A stretch of DNA of 64,000 nucleotides from Nitrospirota bacterium (GTDB lineage Bacteria; Nitrospirota; Thermodesulfovibrionia; UBA6902): assembly GCA_016234115.1 (NCBI GenBank), contig JACRHD010000021.1:26185-90184 (forward strand). Direction: 5' to 3'. The first letter of the stretch is position 1, and each line of letters opens with the position of its first letter. A program made the position numbers and the translations under genes. Positions 9,273 through 19,034 of this stretch are shown here, in pieces. Under the pieces are notes generated by a model that was not told the DNA's origin, made no database searches, and saw only the letters and a program-made list of their open reading frames with translations.

Positions 9273-10493
9273 ATGAAATTCAAATCATTGACAGCCCTGT
9301 CATACAGGAATTTCAGGCTCTTCTGGATAGGTCAGTTGATTTCGCTTACCGGAACATGGATGCACTCGGCCGCGCAGGGCTGGCTGGTCTTCAAACTCAC
9401 CAACTCCCCTTTTTATCTGGGATTGGTCGGCTCCGCAATGTCTTTCCCCATCCTCCTCTTTACCATGGCAGGCGGTGTAGCGGCGGACAGGTTCTTCAAG
9501 AGGAATATTATTTTGGCGGCGCAAATCGCCCTCATGTTCCTTACCCTGGCCCTTGCCATCATGGTGTCGAGCGGAATCATTACAGTCTGGCACGTGCTGG
9601 TAATATCGTTTCTGATCGGCACGACGAATTCGTTCGAGATCCCCGCAAGACAGGCCTTTTTCGTCGAGATGGTCGGGAAGGAACACCTGATGAATGCCAT
9701 CGCCCTGAACTCCGCCGCTTTTCACGGGGCGAGGATGATAGGGCCGACCATTGCCGGGTTCATCATGGGCTCTCTCGGGCTGGCCGCCTGTTTTTATCTC
9801 AACTCCGCGAGTTTCTTTGCCACGATAATCGGACTCCTCAGGATGCGCTTTAAACCGGAGGAGATCAGGACTTCACCGGGAACAGGGATCAGGAGTGAAT
9901 TCAATGAAGGGCTTAAATATATTTTTTCGGACTCGAAAATTTACGCGCTTATACTGTCTTCCGGGGTGATAAGTTTCTTCGGATTTCCCTATGTGACTTT
10001 TTTGCCTGTTTACGCGCGCGATATCCTCAAGACAGGGGCGACCGGGCTCGGCATCCTGATGGGCTTTGCCGGGGCAGGGGCCTTTGCCGGAGCAGTGAGC
10101 CTTGCGGTAAGGAGTAAATTTACAAATATGGGGGTTTTTCTGACGGTGTCGGGTTTCGCCTTTTCAATTGCCCTCTTCGTATTCTCAATTTCGACCACGG
10201 CATGGCTTTCATACTGTATGCTCTTTATCGTAGGGTTCGGGGCGATAAGCCAGGTGGCGACCGCCAACAGCCTGCTGCAGCTTACCGTGCCGGACAAACT
10301 CAGGGGGCGGGTGATGAGTTCATTTACCACCGTATTTTTAGGCATGACCACAATAGGAAACTTCGCCCTCGGGAGTCTCGCGCACTATATCGGCACGCAG
10401 TACGCCCTCATGACGAGCGCGGGACTCTGCCTGTTTGTCTCTATGCTGCTGGTTCTGATAAAACCGGAGATACTCAGGATAAGGGGCGGGTAA
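9273..10493 (+). CDS. MFS transporter (MFS_3/DHA3-like)
   Basis: RNFRLFW.GQ.IS..GTWM, G..ADRF, LRGRVMS, about 12 TM segments. The ORF-track start at 9036 overlaps pdxA and is rejected. Confidence 0.88.
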   Translation: MKFKSLTALSYRNFRLFWIGQLISLTGTWMHSAAQGWLVFKLTNSPFYLGLVGSAMSFPILLFTMAGGVAADRFFKRNIILAAQIALMFLTLALAIMVSSGIITVWHVLVISFLIGTTNSFEIPARQAFFVEMVGKEHLMNAIALNSAAFHGARMIGPTIAGFIMGSLGLAACFYLNSASFFATIIGLLRMRFKPEEIRTSPGTGIRSEFNEGLKYIFSDSKIYALILSSGVISFFGFPYVTFLPVYARDILKTGATGLGILMGFAGAGAFAGAVSLAVRSKFTNMGVFLTVSGFAFSIALFVFSISTTAWLSYCMLFIVGFGAISQVATANSLLQLTVPDKLRGRVMSSFTTVFLGMTTIGNFALGSLAHYIGTQYALMTSAGLCLFVSMLLVLIKPEILRIRGG

Positions 10494-10520
10494 TCAAGGT
10501 CAAGGGATTAGATATCCGGG

Positions 10521-10715
10521 AGGCGCAAAGGGGAGTCTGCGGAGTAATTTCTATACGACACATTTAACAAAAAGTCGCGAGCCAGCGTAGGGGCGACCCG
10601 CAGGGTAGCCCCGGCAGTATAGAAAACAACGAAGACAAGAATAGCGCAGAAGCAAAAATTTAAATATGGTGTTTGTCTATTTTAGAAATTACTCCGCAGA
10701 CTCCCCTTTGTGCCT
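10521..10715. mobile_element. MITE-like element with 33-bp terminal inverted repeats
   Basis: 10521-10553 matches the reverse complement of 10683-10715 with one mismatch. The interior has no convincing CDS and holds a GTAG-type hairpin. Confidence 0.6.
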
Positions 10716-10733
10716 GTAAGTGTTAACTGGAAT

Positions 10734-12998
10734 TCAAGATGACTGGAATTGATAATGCCCCGCAACTGCCTGTCCCAGCGATATCCCTCCGTCATTCGGG
10801 GGCACAGTCTGGTGGATCAAGGGAGCAAAGCCCCGCTCTTTCAGGCTTCTGAAGCTCTCTTCAAGCAGGATTACGTTCTGGAACACCCCTCCCGACAGGG
10901 CGACGGTCTTTATCCCGGTTTCATCCCTGATCAGCCCTGAAACATGCAGGACCATCGCGACAATCGTATTGTGGAATTTTCTCGCGAGCTCCTCTTTCGG
11001 GAGCCCCGCCCTCAGGTCATCCACGAGACGGTCGATGACCGGGAGATGGTAGATCATATTGTTTTTGACTATGCAGGGATATGAATCCGCAGTGTCTGAT
11101 TTCAGCGCAGCCTGTTCAAGCGCGATTGCCGCCTGGGCGTGATAAGAGACCTTGTGCGCAAGACCGATCAGCGACGCGACCCCGTCAAAGAGCCTGCCCA
11201 TGCTCGTCGTGACCGGAGAATTGACGCCGTTCTTCAGCATATTGATGAAGAAATCCGTCTCCTGCCGGCCCAGCGGCAGGAGATTGAGCTCCCGCGCCTT
11301 TTCCCCGAAGGCCCCGTACAAAAGCGAAAAGGCCGTCCTGCACGGCTCTTTTACCGCCTTGTCTCCGCCGGGAAGTTTATACGGCTGAAGGTGGTATGCC
11401 CTTTTGAATCCCCGGTAAGAAGCGATGAGGACCTCACCTCCCCATACGGTGTTGTCAGTGCCGAACCCGGCGCCGTCAAAGGCGAAACCGATTATTTCAT
11501 TGTCCGGGGGCGTCCCGTTTTCGGTCATGCAGGACAATATATGGGAATAGTGATGCTGAACTTTGACCAGCATGTCGCCGTAATGTCTTTCACCATATTT
11601 TGTGCTGTAATATCCCGGGTGCATATCGGAGACGACTATGCCGGGTTTCACATCCAGCAACCGCAGAAGATCGGCTATCGTTTCTTCATAAAAACCCGCT
11701 GCAAGGGGAGTGTCCAGATCGCCTATATGCTGGGACAGGAATACCTTGTCATCGATGCCGACCGCTATCGTGCTGTTCATATAGGGTCCCAGCGCGAGGA
11801 CGGGCTTTTTAAATCCGAAGGGGACCGTTACCGGAAGCGGGGCAAAGCCCCTGGAGCGCCTTACCGGGACCTGTCTTTCAGCCGCTATCCTGACGACCGA
11901 GTCGTCGCATCTCCTGACTATGGCCCTGTTGTGAGAAAGAAAATAATCCGCTATGCCGGACAGGCGTCCAAACGCGTCCTCTTCATCCTTTGCCACAGGC
12001 TCATCCGTAATGTTGGCGCTCGTCGCTATAAGAGGTCGTCTGAACTTTTTCAAAATCATATGGTGAAGAGGGGTATAAGGAAGAAAGGCCCCGACCGCGC
12101 TGTTGTCCGGGGAGACCCCTTTTGCAAGCGTCGCGGACTCCTTTTTTCTTACGATGACGATGGGTCTTTCGACGGAGCATATTGCGCGTTCTTCAGCGAC
12201 ATTCAGATAAGCCTCTTTTTTTATAGAGCCGATATTAGGGAACATCACCGCCATCGGTTTTTCTTCGCGGCCTTTCCTCTTTCTAAGCCTGCATACGGTC
12301 TCATCATTTTCGGCGTCGCAGATGAGATGGTATCCTCCGACGCCTTTGACCGCTATAATATAACCTTTACGCAACAGGCTGACCGCCTTTTCAAGGGCCT
12401 CTTCCTTTTCGCAGACCGGTTTGCCGTCACAGTCGTGAAGTCTTATCTTCGGACCGCAGACGTCACATGCGTTGGGCTGGGCATGGAACCTCCTGTCCGA
12501 CGGGAGGTTGTATTCCCTCTCGCACTCAGGACACATCCTGAACTCTTTCATGGACGTATTCTTTCTGTCATACGGAAGTGTGTGGATAATGGTAAAGCGC
12601 GGGCCGCAGTTTGTGCAGTTTGTAAAGGGATAGAGGAACCTCCTGTCCCTCGGGTTTGTGATGTCGCTTAAACATTCTTCGCAGGCAGAGATATCAGGAA
12701 GGATGAGGGCCCTTTTTTCCCCTTCCGCGCTGCTTTCCCGAATTTCAAATTTCTGAAAGCCGGTCTCTTCAAGGAACGCATGCCGGAGGCTGTAGATCCG
12801 GGCAAGGGCCGGTTTTTCTTTATCCGCACGGACAATGAAATCGTCGAGTGTTTCCTTAGCGCCCTCGACTTCCAGCAATACGCCTGACGCGGTGTTTGCG
12901 ACATAGCCTTTCAGTCCCATCTCTTCTGCAAGCCTGTGGACGAAGGGCCTGAAGCCGACCCCCTGGACAAGACCGGTGATGTCGATTTTCAGCCGCAT
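10734..12998 (-). CDS. hypF: [NiFe]-hydrogenase maturation carbamoyltransferase
   Basis: VQGVGFRPF, zinc fingers CEEC/CTNCGPR/CPEC/CDVCGP, QHH.SH, SMGRLFD, PPNDGGISLGQ. Confidence 0.96.
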   Translation of the reverse strand: MRLKIDITGLVQGVGFRPFVHRLAEEMGLKGYVANTASGVLLEVEGAKETLDDFIVRADKEKPALARIYSLRHAFLEETGFQKFEIRESSAEGEKRALILPDISACEECLSDITNPRDRRFLYPFTNCTNCGPRFTIIHTLPYDRKNTSMKEFRMCPECEREYNLPSDRRFHAQPNACDVCGPKIRLHDCDGKPVCEKEEALEKAVSLLRKGYIIAVKGVGGYHLICDAENDETVCRLRKRKGREEKPMAVMFPNIGSIKKEAYLNVAEERAICSVERPIVIVRKKESATLAKGVSPDNSAVGAFLPYTPLHHMILKKFRRPLIATSANITDEPVAKDEEDAFGRLSGIADYFLSHNRAIVRRCDDSVVRIAAERQVPVRRSRGFAPLPVTVPFGFKKPVLALGPYMNSTIAVGIDDKVFLSQHIGDLDTPLAAGFYEETIADLLRLLDVKPGIVVSDMHPGYYSTKYGERHYGDMLVKVQHHYSHILSCMTENGTPPDNEIIGFAFDGAGFGTDNTVWGGEVLIASYRGFKRAYHLQPYKLPGGDKAVKEPCRTAFSLLYGAFGEKARELNLLPLGRQETDFFINMLKNGVNSPVTTSMGRLFDGVASLIGLAHKVSYHAQAAIALEQAALKSDTADSYPCIVKNNMIYHLPVIDRLVDDLRAGLPKEELARKFHNTIVAMVLHVSGLIRDETGIKTVALSGGVFQNVILLEESFRSLKERGFAPLIHQTVPPNDGGISLGQAVAGHYQFQSS

Positions 12999-13051
12999 AC
13001 GGAGCCCAGCGTGTTCTTTTTCCGCAACCTGAGTTTTAATCCCGCCCTGTC

Positions 13052-15514
13052 CTACCTCACCGCCTCCACGTTCACCGCGACGATGGGGCACTCCCCGTTT
13101 ACGGCGAGATGCGTCAGCGCGTGGATCTTGGCGTGCGGGAAATGCGCGGGCACGAAGAGGGTCCCCTCGGGGACGGCGCCTGAATACTTTGCCTTGAGGA
13201 AAACCGAGCCCTGCCTGGAGGACAGCTTCACGTGGCTGTTGTCCAGTACGCCCAGCTTCTTGGCGTCATCCTCATTGATCTCAAGGAGCGCTTCCGAGAT
13301 GACGAGGTCCAGGGACCTGGAGCTGGTCGACATGCTGCCTGAATGCTGCAGGACGTCCCTGATGACGAGATTGAACGGATAAATACCCCCTGTTTCCTCG
13401 CACGGGCCGTATTCAACGGGATTAAAAGCGCTCTTTTTTTCAGGCTCCGGCTTTGCAGTCAGCATGGCCTTGATCTCTTCCTGGATTGCCTGGAGGTTCC
13501 GGCTCCCCATTTCTTTCCCCATGATAAGCGCGAGGTTCTTGAAAATCATCCAGTCGGGCACTGACTCGCCCGAGGGATCGACTAATTTGTGGACCTGCTG
13601 CAGGAGGCCCTCCGCGTTCATGAAGGTGCCGTCCTTCTCCGCCCAGCTCGAGGCCGGCAGTACGACGTGCGCAAGTTTGGCGGTTTCCGTAAAGAAGATA
13701 TCCTGCACCACGAGGAAACTCAGGGCCTTCAGTCTCCTGACGACCTGAGAGCTGTCAGGGAAGGTCACGGCCGGGTCTTCTCCCATGACGTACATCGCCT
13801 TAATGCCGGAGGCTTCATTGTATAGCATCTCTTTCACCCCCGCTCCCGACGGCTGACCGGAAGGCCTTACCCCCATTTGATAGAGACCGAAGGTATTTGA
13901 ATACTCGGCGGGTATCTGAAGTGACCGGGGATCATCACCTAAAAGATGGACCAGGTTGGCTGCGGCAAGGACTGCATCCGACCCCTTTGTGTTTTCAGAC
14001 GCGCTGAGAGACAGCGAGATCATCCTGCTCTTTGCCGAGGCAAGGTCCGTTGCGGCGCTGATGATTTCGTCTTCAGGCACGCCCGTGATCTTTGAAACCT
14101 TTTCAGGGGTATAATTTTCGAGCATGGTCCTTAACGGTTTGAAGCCCGCAACATTCTCTGCATCCTTGCTGAACAGGTTCCTGTCGATAATCACTTTCAT
14201 GAGTCCGTTCAGAAGGGCAATTCCTGTACCGTCCTTCAGCCTCAGCCACTGTGTGCTGTGCCTTGTCAGTTTGGTTTCCCTTGAATCCGCGACAATAAGT
14301 TTGGAACCTTCCCTCTTTGCCTGGAGTATGTTGAGGCCGAATACCGGGTGAGTTACCGAGGTATCCGATTCGATAATCAGGACAACGTCCTTGCCCAGAG
14401 GGGATTTCAGGTTTATGGGATGGGCGTCCCCGCCGAACGCCTTTTCCCAGGCCGTCTGCACCCTGCCGTATCCGAAAGAGGCGGATGAATCGATATTGCC
14501 GGAGCCGACGATCTTTCTCATGAATTTCTGGAGGCTGTAATTGTCTTCGTTGGTGCACCGGGGCGAGCCGATCGCGCCGATGGCGTTTGCGCCGTCATGC
14601 TGAATAATCTGTTTTAAATTGTCGGAGATAAAGGTCAGCGCCTTTTCCCACGAGACTTCTACAAACTCGTTCCCCTGTTTTATAAGAGGGCTTTTGAGCC
14701 TCTTTTCGCTGTAGATATAATCGATGCCGAACCTTCCCCTGCCGCACAGGTTGCCGTCGTTGACGCCCTTGCCCTCAACTCCTTTTGATCTCAGTATCTT
14801 CCCTTCTCTCAATCCGAGGGTGAGGGTGCAGCCGACGCCGCAGAACGGACAGATGGTCTCTTTTTCTTCGAGAAACCATGAGCGCGCGGTAAACTTGTAC
14901 GGCTTGCTCAGTATCGCGCCGGTCGGGCAAATATCGAGACATTGCCCGCAGTAATCGCATTCGAGTATCTCGCCGAAGGCAGGCTGTACAATAGTGGGAA
15001 AGCCCCTGCCGATCAGACCGAGCGCGGCCCTTCCCTGGTGTTCGGCGCATATCCTGACGCATTTGCCGCAGAGGATGCACCTTCTCGAGGTCAGCTCGAT
15101 CAACGGCCCCCTGACGTCGGGCATTGCCTGTTTCCTGTTTCTTAAAAACCGCGAGTGGGGTTTCCCGTACTCATACGCAAGGTCCTGCAGGTCGCACTCT
15201 CCTGCCTTGTCGCATTCCGGGCAGTCAAGGGGATGATGCACCAGAAGCAGCTCGATCACTGTCTGGCGCAGCTTCCTGAGTTTCGGAGTGTCGGTATTGA
15301 TGACCATCCCGTTTTCAGCGGGGGATGAGCACGCGGCAAAGAGCCGCGCCTGTCCCTCTACCTCGACAATGCATAGCCTGCAACCGCCGTAGGGCCTCAG
15401 CCTCTTGTCGGCGCATAGGTTCGGGATGTATATGCCGTTCTTCAGGGACGCCTGAAGAATGGTCGAGCCGTCATCCGCCGTAATCTGTTTACCGTTTATA
15501 GTTAAATTTATCAT
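13052..15514 (-). CDS. NuoG/FdhF-like large subunit (HydA/BfuA-type): 2Fe-2S, four 4Fe-4S, molybdopterin-fold domain lacking the metal-ligating Cys
   Basis: GGCRLC, HHPLDCPECDKAGEC, CILCGKC, CDYCGQC, CPFCGVGC. NIDSSASFG occupies the position of FdhF N.DxCARx(C/U)H. Confidence 0.85.
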   Translation of the reverse strand: MINLTINGKQITADDGSTILQASLKNGIYIPNLCADKRLRPYGGCRLCIVEVEGQARLFAACSSPAENGMVINTDTPKLRKLRQTVIELLLVHHPLDCPECDKAGECDLQDLAYEYGKPHSRFLRNRKQAMPDVRGPLIELTSRRCILCGKCVRICAEHQGRAALGLIGRGFPTIVQPAFGEILECDYCGQCLDICPTGAILSKPYKFTARSWFLEEKETICPFCGVGCTLTLGLREGKILRSKGVEGKGVNDGNLCGRGRFGIDYIYSEKRLKSPLIKQGNEFVEVSWEKALTFISDNLKQIIQHDGANAIGAIGSPRCTNEDNYSLQKFMRKIVGSGNIDSSASFGYGRVQTAWEKAFGGDAHPINLKSPLGKDVVLIIESDTSVTHPVFGLNILQAKREGSKLIVADSRETKLTRHSTQWLRLKDGTGIALLNGLMKVIIDRNLFSKDAENVAGFKPLRTMLENYTPEKVSKITGVPEDEIISAATDLASAKSRMISLSLSASENTKGSDAVLAAANLVHLLGDDPRSLQIPAEYSNTFGLYQMGVRPSGQPSGAGVKEMLYNEASGIKAMYVMGEDPAVTFPDSSQVVRRLKALSFLVVQDIFFTETAKLAHVVLPASSWAEKDGTFMNAEGLLQQVHKLVDPSGESVPDWMIFKNLALIMGKEMGSRNLQAIQEEIKAMLTAKPEPEKKSAFNPVEYGPCEETGGIYPFNLVIRDVLQHSGSMSTSSRSLDLVISEALLEINEDDAKKLGVLDNSHVKLSSRQGSVFLKAKYSGAVPEGTLFVPAHFPHAKIHALTHLAVNGECPIVAVNVEAVR

Positions 15515-15531
15515 TATCTATCTCCCAAATT

Positions 15532-15615
15532 AGAGTTATGAGTCAAGAGTTAAGAGTTAAGGGGGTAACCATCAGTAAGGTTATACTTGACTCTTAACTC
15601 ATCACTCTTGACTCT
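15532..15615. repeat. Palindromic heptamer element, GAGTTAA/GAGTCAA family
   Basis: (agagtta)n...(tgactct/taactc)n between the NuoF-like and NuoG-like genes. Confidence 0.85.
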
Positions 15616-15618
15616 TTC

Positions 15619-17454
15619 TTATTTCATTGCCGGTTCCTTTTTCTCTTTAACCGCCGCCGGCCCTATCTCTATGGACCCGAATTTACATGTATCGTAGCAG
15701 GTCCGGCACTGGATGCAGAGTTCCTGGATGATCCTGTGGGGGACCTTCTTTTCCCCGACGATCGCCTTTTGCGGGCAGGCCCGTAAACACGCGCCGCAGG
15801 CCTTGCACAGCTCTTCGTTTATGTGGAAGGAGCAGAGGTTTCTGCATATCCCCGCCTTGCACCAGTGGTCTTTGATGTGGGATTCATATTCATCCCTGAA
15901 GTATCTTATTGTGGAAAGGACCGGATTGGGGGCCGTCTGCCCTAATCCGCAAAGGGAAGTAGCTATAACATCCCTGCTGAAATCTTCGAGGATCTCTATG
16001 TCGCCATCTTTTCCCTTGCCCTCGCAGATATCGGTAAGCATGTCTAACATGACGCGCGTGCCTATCCTGCACGGGGTGCATTTGCCGCAGGACTCATCTG
16101 CCGTAAATTCGAGGAAGAATTTCGCGGTGCTGACCATACAGGTGTCTTCGTCCATGACGACCATGCCGCCTGAACCCATGATCGCGCCTGTCTTGACCAC
16201 GTCTTCATAGGTCACGGGAATCTCTATGAGGCCCATGGGGATACACCCGCCTGAGGGGCCGCCCATCTGCACGGACTTGAATTTCTTCTTTTTGTTTTTC
16301 ATGCCCCCGCCGATGTCATAGATTATCGTCTTAAGCGGGATGCCCATCGGTACTTCGACGAGGCCGACGTTTTTAATATCGCCTGTAAGCGCAAACACCT
16401 TTGTGCCCGCGCTCTTTTCAGTCCCGAGCGTCCTGTACCATTCAGCTCCGTGCAGGATGATCGGGGAAATCTGCGCGAGGGTCTCGACATTGTTCAGGAC
16501 AGAGGGTTTGTCCCATAAGCCCTTGTGGGCAGGGAAAGGCGGCCTCGGCCTCGGCATGCCGCGCTTGCCTTCTATGGAGCGCATAAGGGCGGTCTCTTCG
16601 CCGCACACGAACGCGCCAGCGCCAAGATATATTTCAAGGTCAAAGGCGAAACCGCTGCCGAAGATGTCTTCTCCGAGGAGACCTTTTTCATGGCAATCAT
16701 TGATGGCCTTCTGGAGACGTTTTACTGCAAGCGGGTATTCCGCCCTGACGTATATTACTCCTTTGCTTGAGCCTATCGCCCTTGCGCCTATGATCATTCC
16801 TTCGATGACCGAATGCGGGTCCGCTTCCATGACGGACCTGTCCATGAACGCGCCGGGGTCCCCTTCATCACCGTTACAGAGCATGTATTTCTGGTCTGCC
16901 ACAGACTTTGAAGCGAATTCCCATTTCAATCCCGTGGGGAACCCCGCGCCTCCGCGACCCCTCAGCCCGGAGTCTTTCACTACCTTTATAATGTCCGCGG
17001 GCGTCATTTCCGTAAGGGCCTTTGCGGCAGCCATATATCCGTCCCGGGCAATGTATTCCTCGAGGCTGTCAGGGTCTATCATGCCTTTGTTCCTCAGGAC
17101 CCTCAGGACCTGGTGCTTGAAGAACGGGATCTCGTTCATGGCCGGGATCGCGTGTTTCTTCTCAGGCTCCTTGTAGAGCAGTTTTTCGTAGGGACGCCCT
17201 TTCAGGAAATGCTCTTCAACTAATTTCGGCATTTCATCCACGGTCATTTTCTGATAAAAGATCCCTTCCGGGTAGACGAGCATGACCGGGCCTTCGGCGC
17301 AGAAGCCGTTACAGCCGGTGAGCACTATCTTTATCTCATCCGCAAGCCCCCTCTTTTCAAGCTCCTCCTGCAAGGCGGCCCTGACCTTTGGGGTCCCGCT
17401 CGCAACGCACCCTGTCCCGGCGCACATCAGTAAATTTGTACGAACTTTTTCCAT
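15619..17454 (-). CDS. NuoF/HydB-like NADH/FMN-binding subunit
   Basis: N-terminal thioredoxin-like 2Fe-2S, GRGGAGFP, NGDEGDPGAFMDR, CGEETAL, GGPSGG, ESCGKCTPCR, C-terminal 2x4Fe-4S. Confidence 0.93.
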   Translation of the reverse strand: MEKVRTNLLMCAGTGCVASGTPKVRAALQEELEKRGLADEIKIVLTGCNGFCAEGPVMLVYPEGIFYQKMTVDEMPKLVEEHFLKGRPYEKLLYKEPEKKHAIPAMNEIPFFKHQVLRVLRNKGMIDPDSLEEYIARDGYMAAAKALTEMTPADIIKVVKDSGLRGRGGAGFPTGLKWEFASKSVADQKYMLCNGDEGDPGAFMDRSVMEADPHSVIEGMIIGARAIGSSKGVIYVRAEYPLAVKRLQKAINDCHEKGLLGEDIFGSGFAFDLEIYLGAGAFVCGEETALMRSIEGKRGMPRPRPPFPAHKGLWDKPSVLNNVETLAQISPIILHGAEWYRTLGTEKSAGTKVFALTGDIKNVGLVEVPMGIPLKTIIYDIGGGMKNKKKKFKSVQMGGPSGGCIPMGLIEIPVTYEDVVKTGAIMGSGGMVVMDEDTCMVSTAKFFLEFTADESCGKCTPCRIGTRVMLDMLTDICEGKGKDGDIEILEDFSRDVIATSLCGLGQTAPNPVLSTIRYFRDEYESHIKDHWCKAGICRNLCSFHINEELCKACGACLRACPQKAIVGEKKVPHRIIQELCIQCRTCYDTCKFGSIEIGPAAVKEKKEPAMK

Positions 17455-17474
17455 TTATATTTCTCCTTAATAAA

Positions 17475-17571
17475 GCAAGTAGTTAGTAGTAAGTAGTTAG
17501 TAGTTAGGGGGGGCGCTGGTCTCAAATTCCCATCTTTTCCCTTAACTGCTAACTACTAACTACTTTCTACT
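17475..17571. repeat. Palindromic heptamer element, TAGTAGT family
   Basis: Same arms and GGG...CCCTTAAC junction as 2018-2102. Confidence 0.85.
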
Positions 17572-17575
17572 GTCC

Positions 17576-17959
17576 TTAATATGTTGTCTCGCTCCCTACG
17601 ACCAGGGCGTATTTTTCAACGGGATTGCCGCCGAGGACATGCTCTTTGAATATCTCCCGTATCTTCTCTTTGTTAAGGTCGCCGTATTTTACGGGCGGTT
17701 TATTAAGCAGCTCCACCGTGACCATGGGCTCACGGGCGCAAAGACCTGCGCAGCCTGAAGTCGTGGTAATCACGTCTTCCGCCTTTGACTGGGCTATCTC
17801 ATCGAGCAGCACCGTCATGACTTCCCTCGCGCCGGCCGCGATCCCGCAGGTGCCCATATGGACGGTCACCTTTGCCCTGTAACCGCCTTCTCTAAGGGAA
17901 AAAGTGGCCTTCTGTTTGTCCTTTATCTTCTTCAGGTCTTCAATTGTCAGCCTCGCCAT
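17576..17959 (-). CDS. Thioredoxin-like 2Fe-2S ferredoxin (HydD-type)
   Basis: HMGTCGIAAGA...SGCAGLC..EP. Confidence 0.88.
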   Translation of the reverse strand: MARLTIEDLKKIKDKQKATFSLREGGYRAKVTVHMGTCGIAAGAREVMTVLLDEIAQSKAEDVITTTSGCAGLCAREPMVTVELLNKPPVKYGDLNKEKIREIFKEHVLGGNPVEKYALVVGSETTY

Positions 17960-17971
17960 AAAATCTCCTTT

Positions 17972-18054
17972 GGGTCAAGGGTCAGGGGTCAGAGGTCAAG
18001 CGGCCAGGAAGTACTTTACTTCTTGACCCTTGCCCCATGACCCTTGACCCTGAC
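17972..18054. repeat. Palindromic heptamer element, GGGTCAA family
   Basis: gggtcaa gggtcag gggtcag aggtcaa...ttgaccc ttgcccc atgaccc ttgaccc. Confidence 0.85.
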
Positions 18055-18058
18055 TTTT

Positions 18059-18934
18059 TCACGCGTATTCCTTCAAAATATCCGGCACCTTCTTCGGGTT
18101 CATGGCGCCGTATGTTTCCTCGTCGATAACCATGACCGGCGCCAGCCCGCAGGCCCCGAGGCAGCGGACGGTCTCCAATGAGAATTTCTTGTCTTCCGTC
18201 ACCTCGCCGACATCTATCTTGAGGTCTTCTTTTATCCTGTTCAGGACCTCTTCAACCCTTTTTACGTAACATGCGGTGCCGAGGCAGATCCTGATATTAT
18301 GGTCTCCTCTGGGCTTCATTGTGAAAAAAGAGTAAAAGGAGACGATGCCGTGTATCTCGGCCGGCGTCATGTTCAATCCCTTTGCAATTCGCTTCTGCAC
18401 CTCGGGAGGGAGATATCCGACTATTTGCTGACAGCGCTGAAGCACAGGGATGGAGCTTCCGGGTTTGCTCCTGTACTGGCTTATGACCCTGTCTATCTCC
18501 TGCAGCATTGACGGGGGCAGTTCTTCTTTCTTTTCCTTTGGCTCAAGAGGAGCTTTCTTCTCCCTTATCCAGCTTACCGCCCTCTGGGTCACATCTAACA
18601 GGACGGTCGGGGTAAAAGGCTTCGGAACATAATCTATAATGCCGAGCTCCAGGGCGTCCTTTATCGTGTCCTGGGAAGGATAACCGGTGATTATCACGAC
18701 ACCCGTGTCCGGTCTTTTCTGCCGGATCCATCTTATGAGGGTTATGCCGTCCACTTCAGGCATTTTAAGGTCGGTAAAGACAAGGTCGAAAGGCTGCTGT
18801 TCCATCCGGAGTATCGCGTCTTTCGCGCTCAGCAGTCCCTGGACGTTGTATCCCTCCGACTTAAGGATGCTCTCACAGCTTCTTATTATTATCGGCTCGT
18901 CGTCAACGACCAGTATTTTTAAATCATCAACCAT
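18059..18934 (-). CDS. Response-regulator receiver fused to NuoE/HydC 2Fe-2S subunit
   Basis: REC: VVDDE, TDLKMP, ITG, KPF. NuoE: FYSFF, ICLGTAC, RCLGACGLAP. Confidence 0.9.
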   Translation of the reverse strand: MVDDLKILVVDDEPIIIRSCESILKSEGYNVQGLLSAKDAILRMEQQPFDLVFTDLKMPEVDGITLIRWIRQKRPDTGVVIITGYPSQDTIKDALELGIIDYVPKPFTPTVLLDVTQRAVSWIREKKAPLEPKEKKEELPPSMLQEIDRVISQYRSKPGSSIPVLQRCQQIVGYLPPEVQKRIAKGLNMTPAEIHGIVSFYSFFTMKPRGDHNIRICLGTACYVKRVEEVLNRIKEDLKIDVGEVTEDKKFSLETVRCLGACGLAPVMVIDEETYGAMNPKKVPDILKEYA

Positions 18935-18952
18935 TTAATGTCTCCTCATTAA

Positions 18953-19031
18953 AAGGGTTCAAGGGTTAAGGGTTCGAGGGTTCAAGTGAGGGTCTTACTC
19001 GACCCCTCGAACCCTTAACCCCTTGGACCCT
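18953..19031. repeat. Palindromic 7-8-mer element (GGGTTCAA variant)
   Basis: agggttca agggtta agggttcg agggttca...tcgacccc tcgaaccc ttaacccc ttggaccc. Confidence 0.8.
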
Positions 19032-19034
19032 AAA

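Noticed and set aside
11139-12671. 510-aa plus-strand ORF
   Set aside because: Antisense shadow of hypF.
13052-15514. True or selenocysteine formate dehydrogenase, or a complex I operon
   Set aside because: No Cys/Sec ligand, no in-frame TGA and no membrane nuo genes.
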